Shown: positions 48,817 through 58,040 of the stretch, piece after piece
Position numbering within the stretch: position 1 is the first letter of the stretch
How the letters are laid out: each line of letters begins with the position of its first letter
Assembly (NCBI GenBank): GCA_043821645.1
Contig: JBDRCO010000118.1
Coordinates: 1-64,000, forward strand
DNA from: Pseudomonadota bacterium
GTDB taxonomy: Bacteria > Myxococcota > JACRCW01 > JAFGSX01
Direction of reading: 5' to 3'
DNA: 64,000 nucleotides
Made by a program: the position numbers and the translations under genes
Notes under the pieces: generated by a model
Database searches by the model: none
What the model saw: only the letters and a program-made list of their open reading frames with translations
What the model was told of the DNA's origin: nothing

Positions 48817-49824
48817 TCAAGGCAGCCGCGCCGCGAGCTGGCCGCAGGCGGCGTCCAGCTCGACGCCACGAGCCCGGCGCACCATGCAGAACAGACCCGC
48901 CGTGCGCAGGCGCTGCTGATAGCTCTGTACCCGTTCCGACGACGAGGGCTCGCAGCCCGGCATGCCGCGATTGGCAGGCAGCAGGTTGACCCGCGCACGA
49001 TCGTGCAGGGGACGCAGCAGCTCGACGACGGCGTCGGCACAAGCCAGGCTGTCGTTGACACCGGCGATCAGAGCGATCTCGACGAAGAGGTGATCACCAG
49101 GACGCCGTGTCAGCACAAAGGCATCGCGCAGTTCCGCCGTCGTGTGGCGGGCGCCAGGCACCAGCTGTCTGCGCAGTCCGTCCTCGGCAGCGTGCAGTGA
49201 CCAGGCCAGGTGAACCTCGGCGCGCGCGGCCTCGCGTATGGCCTTGGGCGACGTGCCCACCGTCGACAGCGTGAGGTGCCGTGGCGCCAGGGCCATGCCG
49301 TGAGGATCGGTGAGCAGGCGGCAGGCGAGGGTCACCGCGGGCAGGTTGTCCAGGGGCTCGCCCATGCCCATGAACACCACGTTGCGCAGCGGCGCCGCGC
49401 CGGCGTCCCTGACCGCGGCCACGGCCCTGTGCACCTGGGCCACGATCTCGGCGGCGCTCAGGTTGCGCCGCAGCCCCAGGGTGCCGGTGACGCAGAAGGC
49501 ACACCGGTGCGCGCAGCCGACCTGGGTCGAGACGCACAGCGTGGTGCGATCGCGACCACTCATGGAGACCATCTCGATGGCGTGACCGTCGTGCAGAACG
49601 AGCAGAAATTTGCTGGTGCCGTCGGCGGCCTGCCGGCGCTGGGTCACGTCAAGCACGGTTCGCGTGGTGGTGGCGGCGAGCTTCTGTCGCACGCGCGGCG
49701 ATAGCGACGGAGACAGCAGAGGATCGTCTCCCCGACGCAGCGCCTTCCATACAGTCCGGGCTCGGCCCGTGCCCCCGATCAGGGGAGCAAGCGCGTCGGC
49801 GGAGGTCTCGAGCAGGGCTGGCAT
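48817..49824 (-). CDS. rlmN: RlmN-family radical SAM RNA methyltransferase
   Basis: LCVSTQVGCAHRCAFC, RNVVFMGMGEP, C-terminal AACGQL. Short N-terminus, so possibly a paralog. Confidence 0.85.
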   Translation of the reverse strand: MPALLETSADALAPLIGGTGRARTVWKALRRGDDPLLSPSLSPRVRQKLAATTTRTVLDVTQRRQAADGTSKFLLVLHDGHAIEMVSMSGRDRTTLCVSTQVGCAHRCAFCVTGTLGLRRNLSAAEIVAQVHRAVAAVRDAGAAPLRNVVFMGMGEPLDNLPAVTLACRLLTDPHGMALAPRHLTLSTVGTSPKAIREAARAEVHLAWSLHAAEDGLRRQLVPGARHTTAELRDAFVLTRRPGDHLFVEIALIAGVNDSLACADAVVELLRPLHDRARVNLLPANRGMPGCEPSSSERVQSYQQRLRTAGLFCMVRRARGVELDAACGQLAARLP

Positions 49825-50105
49825 GCGCTGCCAGTATCTCAGAGCACGGCGAGGGGAAACAGTGCCCGGGTTGTGCTCGAATCCCCTCGAATCAAGTTCT
49901 CCGATCGACACGGAGCGAGACCTCGAAGGTGGACACCACCAGCACCTCATGGCGCGCCACGTGCGGGGCATCAAGGGAGCTCCACGACGATCAGGTGAGA
50001 TGGCGTTGACGAACGGCGCAGCGGCACCTACTCGCGGTATGCTTTTTCTCTCATGCCGGAACTTCGCTCAGGGCAGGCGGTGCCAGACGCCAGGGGTGGG
50101 CGCAC

Positions 50106-52376
50106 ATGATCGCGCAGGCCCAGACTCGCCCTGCCCGTCAGCTCGTCCTGGCCGTCGTGCTCACCTGCAGCGGTCTGCTATCGGCGTGCCCGGCAGATGG
50201 CACCTGTCAGAGCGCACGCGACTGCGAGGGCGCCCAGGTCTGCGTCAACGCCGCCTGCCGCGACACCTGCAACAGCCGCCTCGAGTGCCACGGCTTCGAG
50301 GCCTGCGTCGACGGCGTCTGCGTTCCCGCGCCCGACTCAGGACATACCACCGACGACGCTTCGATCGCCGATACGGTCCACACAGACCGTTCGAGCCAGG
50401 ACCATGCCGTCCCCCCCGATCAGGGCCAGCAGGATGTGGTTCGCGCGGACCTCGTCGTCGCGGATGTGGAGCTGGACGCGGGCGAGGAAGCGGGCACGGA
50501 CGCGACCATGGACGCAACGGTCACCAGCGACGCCAGCTCGCCGGATCTGGGCAGCAGCGACGGCCCAGGCCTCGACACCATGTCGGGAGACCTGGTCATG
50601 ATCGACGCCAGTACGATGGATGCCGGCGCACCCGACGCTGCCCCCGCCTCGGTGTTCTCACCCATCCTCCTACCCAACGGCGGCTCCGCGGACTGGGTCT
50701 CCGCGTCGCCGGTCAACCCGGAGCGCCTGTACGCCACCCTGGGCGGCGCCCACGTGGTGCGCAGCGACAATGCGGGCAGCCGCTGGACGGACTGCGGTGC
50801 CTTTCCCCGGTGGGGCTTTGCGGCTGTGGCCTCGGTGACCAGCGCGGACAGGGTGTACCTGGCCATGGCCGACGACGTGCTGTTTAGTGACGACGGCTGT
50901 GGCTCCTGGAATTCACTGGGCGTGGGCGAGGAGCCCACGGCCCTGACCGTGGCACCCGGTGACAGAGTCCTGGTCGGCACCCTGAGCGGATTGCGCGTCT
51001 GGGCGACCGGCACCTGGTCGGACCTGCCCTCGCCCCACGACGGTCAGTGGATCAATGCCATCGCGGTGGACAGCAGCGGCGACATCGTGCTGGTGGCCTC
51101 CGAAGAGAATGGCCTGATTCGCTCGGAAAACCGTGGCCGGGACTGGGTGGTCCTGAGCACGGGCCTGACCACCACCCAGCTCTTCGACGTCCAGCTCGAT
51201 GCCACCGACACCGACCACATCCTGGTGGCCTGCGGCGACGGCGTTTTCGTGTCCTGGAACGGTGGGACCAGCTTCTCGCGCACAAAGAGTGGCTGGTTCG
51301 AGGCCGTGGCCATCGATCCCTTGACTCCGGCCAACGTGCTGGTCAGCGGAGCCGATGGCCTGTATCGCAGCAGCGACGGTGGCGACAGCTTTGGCGCGGA
51401 TTGTCGCAGCGCGGGCATGAACAAGGCCTTCGTCAATCACATGCTCTTCGTTCCGGGCAGCGATTCGCGCGCCTACACGGCCACAGCGCGCGGCATGTTT
51501 GTGGCAAGCACGGGGACCTGCAGCTGGCAGGAGATCGACAGCGGCATACAGGCCTGGAACATCCACGAGATCGCCGTGGCGCCGGGCAGCGGCGTGCTCT
51601 ACCTGGCCACGGGTTCGGCGGTGCTCACCGAGCAAAACGGCTGGTTCGTGCGCAGCCAGGGCTACTCGGTCTACAGCTACACGCCGTCGCTGGCTCTCGA
51701 TTTTGGCGATCCAGGAGTGCTCTACGCCGGCGCCGCACACCAGTTGCTGGTCAGCACCAACCTGGCCAGCAGCTTCGACTACCTGACGGGCCCGGGCAGC
51801 GACTGGGCCTACTTCTCGGTGCAGGCGCGGGGCGACCAGATCTACGCCGGCACCGACGACCAGCTCGTGGTCTCGAGCAACGGCGGACAGAGCTTCAGCT
51901 TTCGCGACATCGACGGCCAGAAGCGCCGAGTCAGCGAGATCGTGGTCCTCGACTGGCAGCTGCCCGCGCTGCTGCTGGGAACTGGCTCCGGGCTGTTCTA
52001 CACCGAAGACGAGGGCGCCAGCTTCGCCGAGCTGGATCTAGGCATCAGCGCGCCCTGGGTGAGCTCCCTGGCCATGCGCGGCGACGGCAGTCTGGTGGTG
52101 GGCACCGAGGTCGGCGTCTTCATCTCGGCCCCCAATGACCTGTCGAGATTCGCGGCCTGGGGCCTGGACGGCTGCGACATCGCGGACCTGGCTGTGGCCG
52201 GTGACGTCGTTTTCGCGGCCTGCGGTCAGGCCGTGTACGCGCGCGATCCCATGCGCGATCAGTGGAACGAGCGGCCCGGCATGCAGGGCATCTGGGTCGA
52301 GTCGCTGGCGGTCGACGGCAGCACGCGCTTGCTGGTGGGCACCGACGGGCACGGGCTGTTCGAGATGGGGCTGTAA
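50106..52376 (+). CDS. Lipoprotein with Cys module, acidic linker and BNR/VPS10-like beta-propellers
   Basis: LLSAC lipobox and repeated S.(D/N)GG.S(F/W) Asp-box motifs. Confidence 0.85.
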   Translation: MIAQAQTRPARQLVLAVVLTCSGLLSACPADGTCQSARDCEGAQVCVNAACRDTCNSRLECHGFEACVDGVCVPAPDSGHTTDDASIADTVHTDRSSQDHAVPPDQGQQDVVRADLVVADVELDAGEEAGTDATMDATVTSDASSPDLGSSDGPGLDTMSGDLVMIDASTMDAGAPDAAPASVFSPILLPNGGSADWVSASPVNPERLYATLGGAHVVRSDNAGSRWTDCGAFPRWGFAAVASVTSADRVYLAMADDVLFSDDGCGSWNSLGVGEEPTALTVAPGDRVLVGTLSGLRVWATGTWSDLPSPHDGQWINAIAVDSSGDIVLVASEENGLIRSENRGRDWVVLSTGLTTTQLFDVQLDATDTDHILVACGDGVFVSWNGGTSFSRTKSGWFEAVAIDPLTPANVLVSGADGLYRSSDGGDSFGADCRSAGMNKAFVNHMLFVPGSDSRAYTATARGMFVASTGTCSWQEIDSGIQAWNIHEIAVAPGSGVLYLATGSAVLTEQNGWFVRSQGYSVYSYTPSLALDFGDPGVLYAGAAHQLLVSTNLASSFDYLTGPGSDWAYFSVQARGDQIYAGTDDQLVVSSNGGQSFSFRDIDGQKRRVSEIVVLDWQLPALLLGTGSGLFYTEDEGASFAELDLGISAPWVSSLAMRGDGSLVVGTEVGVFISAPNDLSRFAAWGLDGCDIADLAVAGDVVFAACGQAVYARDPMRDQWNERPGMQGIWVESLAVDGSTRLLVGTDGHGLFEMGL

Positions 52377-52380
52377 CGGC

Positions 52381-53394
52381 CTACTTCCAGCGCAGGCAAC
52401 GCATGCTGCAGCTCAGCTCCCCGAGGCCATCGGTGGACTGGTCGACGTAGCCGTGCAGGCGCCACAGGTGGGCACTGCCGACCGCACCGCCGGTGTTGTC
52501 GACGGAGCAGTTGCCATCCGAGTTGGAGTAGGAGCTGCTGCCGTGGTTGTGGTGCCAGCGAAACTTGCTGAGCCAGCAAATCGAGGTCTGGTCGGTGTAG
52601 GCTGCCGGCGATTCCAGGTCGCCCGACTGCGAATAGCTCAAGATCGTGAGATTCAGATCGAAGTGGTCCGAGAGCACCAAGCCCGTGAGGGTGCTGTTCG
52701 GAGTCGCCCCAGTGAGCGTCAGGCTCGGCGTCGACAGGCTCTTGTTGACCACGACGTCGTCCCAGAGGTGGATCTTGCGAGTATTGCCCGACCCGGCGCC
52801 CACGATGCCCAGGGCCGTGTTGTCCCAGTCCGGCTTGTAGGAGATCTTGCCCGCGTCGCCGCTGTCGCCGTTGTCCCGAACAAAGGCGATGGTCCGCGGT
52901 CGGTTGGCCGTGTCGGCGCCCACGTCCAGCACGTCTTTCACGCTCAGGGCGCCGTGGACCGTGAAGTCGTGCGCCGCCGAGGCAAAGGGCAGATCGCCCA
53001 GCCGCGCCAGGCCCTGCAGCAGGGTGAAGTCGGCCGCGCCCTGGGGCCTGACCGCGATGGCCAGGTACAGCGCGTTCTGTGCCAGGGTCGCGCTGGTCAG
53101 GGCTTTGTTCTGGCCCAGCAGCACGCCAAAGGCGCCGGCGTTGACAGCCACGCCGCCCTGCTCTGTCCACCACAGGCCGCAGCTGTCCGAAAGCTGGGTC
53201 ACCGTGACCAGACAGGTGGGGTCCGCGGTCGACGTCGCGAACAGTGCGAAGCGAAAGTCGTGCGGGCCGACGGCGGACTGACCAGACAGCTCGAGGTGAC
53301 CCTGATAGGGGATGAGCGGGGAAGCGGTCTGCGCCAGCGAGGCGGCAGGCAACAGGCTGAGCGCCAGCAGGGCAGGCATCAGGGGCCGCGTCAT
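52381..53394 (-). CDS. Exported fibre-like protein, paralog 2
   Basis: GGAG RBS, signal ending ASLA, N-domain IPYQGHLELSG...CGLWWTE...FGVLLGQ, Cys-containing C-domain. Confidence 0.8.
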   Translation of the reverse strand: MTRPLMPALLALSLLPAASLAQTASPLIPYQGHLELSGQSAVGPHDFRFALFATSTADPTCLVTVTQLSDSCGLWWTEQGGVAVNAGAFGVLLGQNKALTSATLAQNALYLAIAVRPQGAADFTLLQGLARLGDLPFASAAHDFTVHGALSVKDVLDVGADTANRPRTIAFVRDNGDSGDAGKISYKPDWDNTALGIVGAGSGNTRKIHLWDDVVVNKSLSTPSLTLTGATPNSTLTGLVLSDHFDLNLTILSYSQSGDLESPAAYTDQTSICWLSKFRWHHNHGSSSYSNSDGNCSVDNTGGAVGSAHLWRLHGYVDQSTDGLGELSCSMRCLRWK

Positions 53395-53576
53395 GGAATC
53401 TCCTGTGGGCCACGCCAAGAGCGGCGGCCGCAGCGAGGTCGCGTCACGCCGTGGATGCTCTTGTTCACTCATTGAATGCCAGAATACTTGCTGCCGTGTT
53501 CACTGCACCGTCGTCTGCCTGGATCCTGGCACAGGGTAAGAGCTTCGAGGTCTTACGCCGGCGACGTACGCGCAGC

Positions 53577-54590
53577 CTACTTGACGCGCATGATCCAGGT
53601 CACCGTGAAGTAGGTGGGCCACACCGCCTCGTTGGGATCGTCCACTGCACGATACACGCTGTACTCCGAGTAGCCCGTGGCCGCGGGAAAGTACACGGTG
53701 TCGTCGTCACCCGTGCCACCCCCACCACCCCACACCGAGTTGTTCACCAGGGTCATGACCGCTGGCGTATCCGCGTAGTTGACCTTCCTCGTCCAGGCGT
53801 AGAACGAGCCACTGACTCCCCCCGTGGCCTTGGCCACCATGTGCTGATGCGCCCCGATTCCAGACACATCGGTGATACCGGTCGTATCGGTTGACTGCGC
53901 TCCGCGAAGAAACTTCCTGCTGTTGTTGAGGTCAGGCGCGTCCAGTCCGGTGAAGGGCGAGTTCGGCACACTGATGGACTGGCCATTGCACTCCACCCAG
54001 TTCCCGGGAAGCGTGCCCGCGGTCCCGCCCATGTGCTTGTACCAGGGGATGATGCTGCCCACGGGGACGACCCCAAAGCCCGAGATCTCGCCCTGGCTGC
54101 TGATGTTGCCCGTGGCGGCGATGCTGCCGCCGACGGTGAGGTCTCCCCCCACCGTGAAGTCGCGCGCCGCGGCCGCCCGCGGCACCTCGGCGATGCGCTG
54201 CTTGCCCGCCAGCAGCGTGTAGGCCGAGGCAACGTCCTGCTTGACCGCGATGGCCAGGTACACCTCCGGTTGTGCCAGCACCGCATTGCTCAGGGGGTGC
54301 GACGCCTGCCCGAGCAGCACGCCGAAGGTGCCGTCGCGAACCAGCACGTCGTCGAGCTGTGTCCACCACAGGCCGCAGCTGTCCGTCGGCTGGGTCGCCG
54401 TGACCAGGCAGCCAGCATCACCGTCGGCTGCAGCAAACAGCCCGAACCTGAAATCATGCACGCCGCTGGCGGCCTGGCCCGACAGCTCGAGCCGACCGGT
54501 GTAGGGGATCCTGGGGCTCTGGGCCAGGGCCCGTGGGGCTTCGAGGACCAGAGCCAGGCAGGCCAGACAGGACAAGGAGTGTTTCTTCAT
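53577..54590 (-). CDS. Exported fibre-like protein, paralog 1, with phage tail-collar-like C-domain
   Basis: Signal ending ALA and the same N-domain (IPYTGRLELSG...). Collar motif VPVGSIIPW...NWVECNGQ...PDL...FLRG...PTYFTVTWIMRVK. Confidence 0.8.
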   Translation of the reverse strand: MKKHSLSCLACLALVLEAPRALAQSPRIPYTGRLELSGQAASGVHDFRFGLFAAADGDAGCLVTATQPTDSCGLWWTQLDDVLVRDGTFGVLLGQASHPLSNAVLAQPEVYLAIAVKQDVASAYTLLAGKQRIAEVPRAAAARDFTVGGDLTVGGSIAATGNISSQGEISGFGVVPVGSIIPWYKHMGGTAGTLPGNWVECNGQSISVPNSPFTGLDAPDLNNSRKFLRGAQSTDTTGITDVSGIGAHQHMVAKATGGVSGSFYAWTRKVNYADTPAVMTLVNNSVWGGGGGTGDDDTVYFPAATGYSEYSVYRAVDDPNEAVWPTYFTVTWIMRVK

Positions 54591-54781
54591 GCCGTGACCT
54601 TTGCTGCCGCGTGCCGAGGTACCCGTCGCATCGGGTCTCGGACTTGTGTCGCCCCTGCTGCAGCGTGCAGGGGGGAGGCGTGGTGTCGCCGGAATCGTGT
54701 TCCTCGGTGCTTGGTGCCGGAATACAAGAAACAGCGTGTCCTCTCTTTTCGAGCCACGAAGCCAGGGCTGGCTCATCGCGC

Positions 54782-57700
54782 TCAGGGCAGGACGGACGGA
54801 TGGATGGCGTAGCCCGTGGCGCCGCAGCCACCGTCCACCGCGTTCTGGCACAGCGGCGTGGTGGCTGTGACCTGGGCTGGCACGTAGCCGCGCAGGGTGT
54901 AGCCGGAGCCCTGTGCGTCGCCGGACCCCGCGTCGGGGTTCTCGCGCAGCGGGGTGCCCTCGCTGGCCTGCACCGCGCCGCACAACCAGTAGCCACTGCG
55001 GGGGCCCAGGCTGTAGTCCGACGACAGGAACAGGTAGGTGGGATCGACACCGGGGTCGTAGCTGCCATTGAGGGGGTTCGCTCCGGGGCAGCCGATCTCG
55101 CAGCCTATGCCACCGTAGTTGTAATCGCAGCCGCAGGTAAGTGCTCCGAAGGCCTCGAGACGGCCCGCGCCCCGGATGCTGGCGTCGGGATCGGAAACGT
55201 CCAAAAAGCCCGGACACATCTGCCGCCACTCAACCCACTCGTTGATGCAGCCGCCGGTGTAGTCCGCATCGTAGTCGTAGCCGTCATAGCTGCGCGCCAC
55301 CCAGGCCACGTGGTCCTGCACCGCGCTGCTGGTGATCACGCTGCGGTCGATGACCTGGTCGCAGGTGATGTCGCTGGCCGAGCCGCTGGCAAAGCCACAC
55401 TGGTTGAGGTGGTAAGGCCTGTGCACGACAGAGGGCGTGGCCGGCACGGTGTCGAGGTAGGTGATGTCGTCGATGTCGACGAGGGTGGGATCACTGGGAT
55501 CGGGACTGACGCGCATGACGCCACAGCGGAACTGGCTGTAGTGCGTCATGCCGCGCCAGGGATCGTCGGTCACGGCCAGGCCGTCACACAGGCCGTGGGC
55601 CGGGATGGCGGCATAGGAGCCGATGCCGGCAGGGGGCGCGGGGGTGCGCGGCGAGGTCCGGGGCCGCCAGGCCGCGTCCCAGCTGTAGGTGCAGGCTCCG
55701 GCTGCCGTGGAGCAGTCGTATTCTGCAAAGTCGTAGGCCTTGAGGTCGTTGACATCGAAGGCGCTGTCGCGGCGACGGCTGCAGCTCTGCCAGTAAGCGT
55801 CGGTGGCCGGATCCTCGATGGCATAACCCAGGGGGAAGCCCGCGTCGCAGCGCGAGCGCTCGACGATGAAGTAGGTGCCGGCGTCGAAGTAGCCGCTGTA
55901 CAGCTCGGTGTAGTAGCCCAGCTTGTTGAACACCTTCTGCCAGTCCTCACCCGTCGACACGTTGTGGCTCTCGACCTGGTCGGTCGAGCCGTTCTGGTTG
56001 AGATCCACCGGGCTGTCCATGCACACCTTGGTCGGGGAGTTGACCTCGGCGGGCACGAAGCGCCGGGCGCCGTAGGTCGGCAGCGCATTCTGATCATCGC
56101 GGTCGTTGCGAGTGGTCTCGTACAGCACGACGTGGTCCCGGCCGCCGGTCAGGGTGCCAAAGGTCGCGGCCACGTCGAGAACCTTCTGCTGGCCCCACTC
56201 GTTGACCAGAGAGAACTGGAACACCTGCTTGAGATCGCAGCGCGCATTGAGCACGGGCGTCCAGTCGTCCTGGAAGGCGCCGTACTCGGCCAGCGACGCC
56301 ACCCGGATCTGGTACACTTTCTGGTTGACCCAGCCGTCGCCATCCCTGTCGCACTCCACCGCCACGCCACCCGAGGTGCCCGAGTCCCAGAAGTAGCCGG
56401 GCTGGGTCTCGCAGTAGCAGTTGCCGTTGCGGTCGGTCACCGGCCACAGGTCACCGGTCAGGGCGGTCCCCGCGACGCAGCTGAGCGAGCAGGTCTTGCA
56501 GGACTGGTTGTAGCGGTCCCAGACCTGACCGCTCTGTGGGCACTGGCTCTTGCGGCAGTAGGCGGCGTTGGTCACGTCGAACTGCACGCAGTGAAAACCC
56601 GAGGCCGTGGGGCACATGTCGTCGCTGGTGCAGGGCGTGTTGGGAATGCACAGGTCGCTGTCCGCGTCGTACAGGTAACCGGTCGCGCAGTCGCCGCACT
56701 GCGCATCCTCGAGCAGGGTCGCCTCGACGCACAGCCTGTGCGTGTCTGTGCAATCCTGGGCAATGCTGTTGTCCGCACCCACCTCGCAGTTGAGCACCGC
56801 CACGCAGGTGCCGGCGCTGTCTGTCCAGTGGGGCAGGCAGTCACTGCAGTAGACGCCACCGCTGTCGCTGGCACAGGCGCGATGGGCATCGCTGCACGCG
56901 GGGCAACTGATGCAATCGCTGCACCCGGTGTAGGTGTGTGCCACACAGGTCCCGCCATCGTCGTGATAACCCACCACGCAGGCGCCGCAGGTGGCATCGC
57001 CGCAACCGGTGGCCGCGGTGCAATCGCGGTGCTGCAGCGTGCAGTCGCCACAGCTGACGGCGGCCCGGCAGACGCCATCGACCTCGGCGTCGGGACCGAT
57101 GAAGCAGCTGCTGACCTCGCTGAAGCACGGGCCGCAGTGCGCGCCGGCGGTATCCTCGACACAGACGCGATGCTTGCCGTCGCAGTCGGCCAGGATGCTG
57201 GCCTCGGCGCTGGCCTGGCAATTGGCGTGGGGGATGGCCTCGCACTGCTGCAGCGAGCTGTTCCAGCGGTAACCCGAGGCGCACTCGTCGAGACAGTGGT
57301 ACTGGCCACCGCTGTTGTCGCACAGCCGCTGCGCGCCGCAGGCCAGCTCCGTACACGAGGTGGCCACGCGACAGCGCTGGCTGGTGTCGTCGCACACCAG
57401 GTCGATGTCACAGCTGCCCTGGGCGCAGGGGCAGCCCTCGGTGTTGATGGGGCAGGCGTGGCACGTGCCGTCGCCGCACACCAGGTCCGCGTCGCAGGCG
57501 TCATCGACGCCGCAGGTGCAGCCTTCGCTGCCGTCGCTGCAACCCGCGGGCACACAGCGATCCTCCGCGCAGTTCAGGCCGTTGTCACAGGCGCCGTCGC
57601 GGCAGGGGCAGCTCGCGGCACCGCGCGCGCAGGGCTGGCACACGCCGTCGGTACAGCCCGCGCCCTCGGTGCAGTACTGGCTGTCGAGGCAGGCGCAGCC

Positions 57701-57985
57701 GGTCTCACCGTCGATGCAGTTGGTGCACAGGCCCGCGACACAGACGGCCCCTGCCCCGTAACGCGCGTCCCCGGCACAGTCGGTCGGTGCCGCGCAGGCC
57801 ACGCACTTTCCATCCTTGCACAGCGTCCCGATGTCCTCGGCCAGCCCCTTGCAGTCCGCACTGGTGGTGCAGTCGGGCTTGGTGGGGACAGGCGGTTCCG
57901 GGGGACAGCCCATCCAGGACGTGGCACCCAGGAGAACGAGCGCGGGCAACAACAGCGAGTTCGGACGGAGACGAAGGCAGTTCAT
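54782..57985 (-). CDS. 1067-aa Cys-rich lipoprotein
   Basis: SWMGC lipobox; G.EGC.C repeats like those of the upstream giant protein; CDRDGDGW motif. Confidence 0.8.
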   Translation of the reverse strand: MNCLRLRPNSLLLPALVLLGATSWMGCPPEPPVPTKPDCTTSADCKGLAEDIGTLCKDGKCVACAAPTDCAGDARYGAGAVCVAGLCTNCIDGETGCACLDSQYCTEGAGCTDGVCQPCARGAASCPCRDGACDNGLNCAEDRCVPAGCSDGSEGCTCGVDDACDADLVCGDGTCHACPINTEGCPCAQGSCDIDLVCDDTSQRCRVATSCTELACGAQRLCDNSGGQYHCLDECASGYRWNSSLQQCEAIPHANCQASAEASILADCDGKHRVCVEDTAGAHCGPCFSEVSSCFIGPDAEVDGVCRAAVSCGDCTLQHRDCTAATGCGDATCGACVVGYHDDGGTCVAHTYTGCSDCISCPACSDAHRACASDSGGVYCSDCLPHWTDSAGTCVAVLNCEVGADNSIAQDCTDTHRLCVEATLLEDAQCGDCATGYLYDADSDLCIPNTPCTSDDMCPTASGFHCVQFDVTNAAYCRKSQCPQSGQVWDRYNQSCKTCSLSCVAGTALTGDLWPVTDRNGNCYCETQPGYFWDSGTSGGVAVECDRDGDGWVNQKVYQIRVASLAEYGAFQDDWTPVLNARCDLKQVFQFSLVNEWGQQKVLDVAATFGTLTGGRDHVVLYETTRNDRDDQNALPTYGARRFVPAEVNSPTKVCMDSPVDLNQNGSTDQVESHNVSTGEDWQKVFNKLGYYTELYSGYFDAGTYFIVERSRCDAGFPLGYAIEDPATDAYWQSCSRRRDSAFDVNDLKAYDFAEYDCSTAAGACTYSWDAAWRPRTSPRTPAPPAGIGSYAAIPAHGLCDGLAVTDDPWRGMTHYSQFRCGVMRVSPDPSDPTLVDIDDITYLDTVPATPSVVHRPYHLNQCGFASGSASDITCDQVIDRSVITSSAVQDHVAWVARSYDGYDYDADYTGGCINEWVEWRQMCPGFLDVSDPDASIRGAGRLEAFGALTCGCDYNYGGIGCEIGCPGANPLNGSYDPGVDPTYLFLSSDYSLGPRSGYWLCGAVQASEGTPLRENPDAGSGDAQGSGYTLRGYVPAQVTATTPLCQNAVDGGCGATGYAIHPSVLP

Positions 57986-58040
57986 GACAGGTCCTCGTGT
58001 GTTCGACGAGATGTCGCGCGGCGTCCGCGCGCGGAGTCGC

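Noticed and set aside
52381-54590. Prophage or contractile injection system
   Set aside because: No capsid, sheath, tube, baseplate or integrase genes, and the collar-bearing protein has a signal peptide.
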